Below are positions 25,704 to 26,040 of a DNA stretch of 26,040 bases, one piece after another (position 1 is the stretch's first letter; every line of letters begins with the position of its first letter). The notes below the pieces were generated by a model. That model did not search any database, was not told the origin of the DNA, and saw only the letters and a list, made by a program, of their open reading frames with translations. The position numbers were made by a program, and so were the translations under genes. This DNA is from Candidatus Sumerlaeia bacterium. Lineage in GTDB: Bacteria; Sumerlaeota; Sumerlaeia; SLMS01. The stretch is from NCBI GenBank assembly GCA_038208905.1, contig JBBQYG010000046.1, positions 1-26,040 of the forward strand, given 5' to 3'.

Positions 25704-26040
25704 AGTGACTCTCGAAAGTCCTGTCGTATTCCAACGTAGCTTGGGCGTCTCGCCCGAGCCTCGTCGCCCCCACACGCGGGCAAGATGCCCACGATACTCT
25801 TTTACGGCGCCCTCCATCGCGACAAGACTTTCGAGAACCGCTCTAAAGTGACTCTCGAAAGCCCTGTCGTATTCCAACGTAGCCTGGGCGTCTCGCCCGA
25901 GCCCCGTCGCCCCCACGCGCGGGCAAGATGCCCACGATACTCTTTTACGGCGTCCTCCATCGCGACAAGACTTTCGAGAACCGCTCTAAAGTGACTCTCG
26001 AAAGCCCTGTCGTATTCCAACGTAGCCTGGGCGTCTCGCC
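25701..26040. repeat. 143-bp tandem array of nested inverted-repeat (MITE/REPIN-like) units, running off the window
   Basis: Units start at 25701, 25844 and 25987; units 1 and 2 differ at about 6 positions; outer IR 25701-25726/25820-25845 (22/26); inner IR 25736-25756/25777-25797 (17/21); adjacent units share a TA. Confidence 0.92.

Noticed and set aside
25164-26020. ORFs 25164..25916, 25785..25994 and 25802..26020
   Set aside because: Translations of the non-coding repeat (period not a multiple of 3) and the antisense strand of the TA remnant
25701-26040. CRISPR array
   Set aside because: Whole 143-bp units repeat with no unique spacers; no cas genes in the window

Overview
A GC-rich bacterial chromosomal segment. 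In order: an alpha/beta hydrolase; a complete group-2 Mrp Na+/H+ antiporter operon (mrpA'[A+B fused]-C-D-E-F-G); a ~170-bp MITE-like element; a secreted GHL10/YddW-like glycoside hydrolase; an IT-superfamily cation/solute transporter; a 1377-aa fusion protein; a PLP aminotransferase-cdaA-cdaR-pdxJ run; a GT4 glycosyltransferase; an Xre-RES toxin-antitoxin pair; DUF1232; a methyltransferase; an M14 carboxypeptidase; a secreted hypothetical protein; and a decayed DUF104/PIN toxin-antitoxin pair cut by a 143-bp tandem array of nested inverted-repeat units. The standout is the 1377-aa protein. It joins a DnaG primase zinc-binding-like N-terminus, ~1000 aa of TPR-like repeats and a near-canonical DnaA AAA+ domain with no DNA-binding domain IV, and a DnaA-box-like 9-mer lies in its putative promoter region. 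Second, all three proteins with apparent cleavable signal peptides carry a [DE]-x-W-[ML] motif near the C-terminus, a candidate sorting signal. All family calls come from reading motifs by eye; no searches were run.
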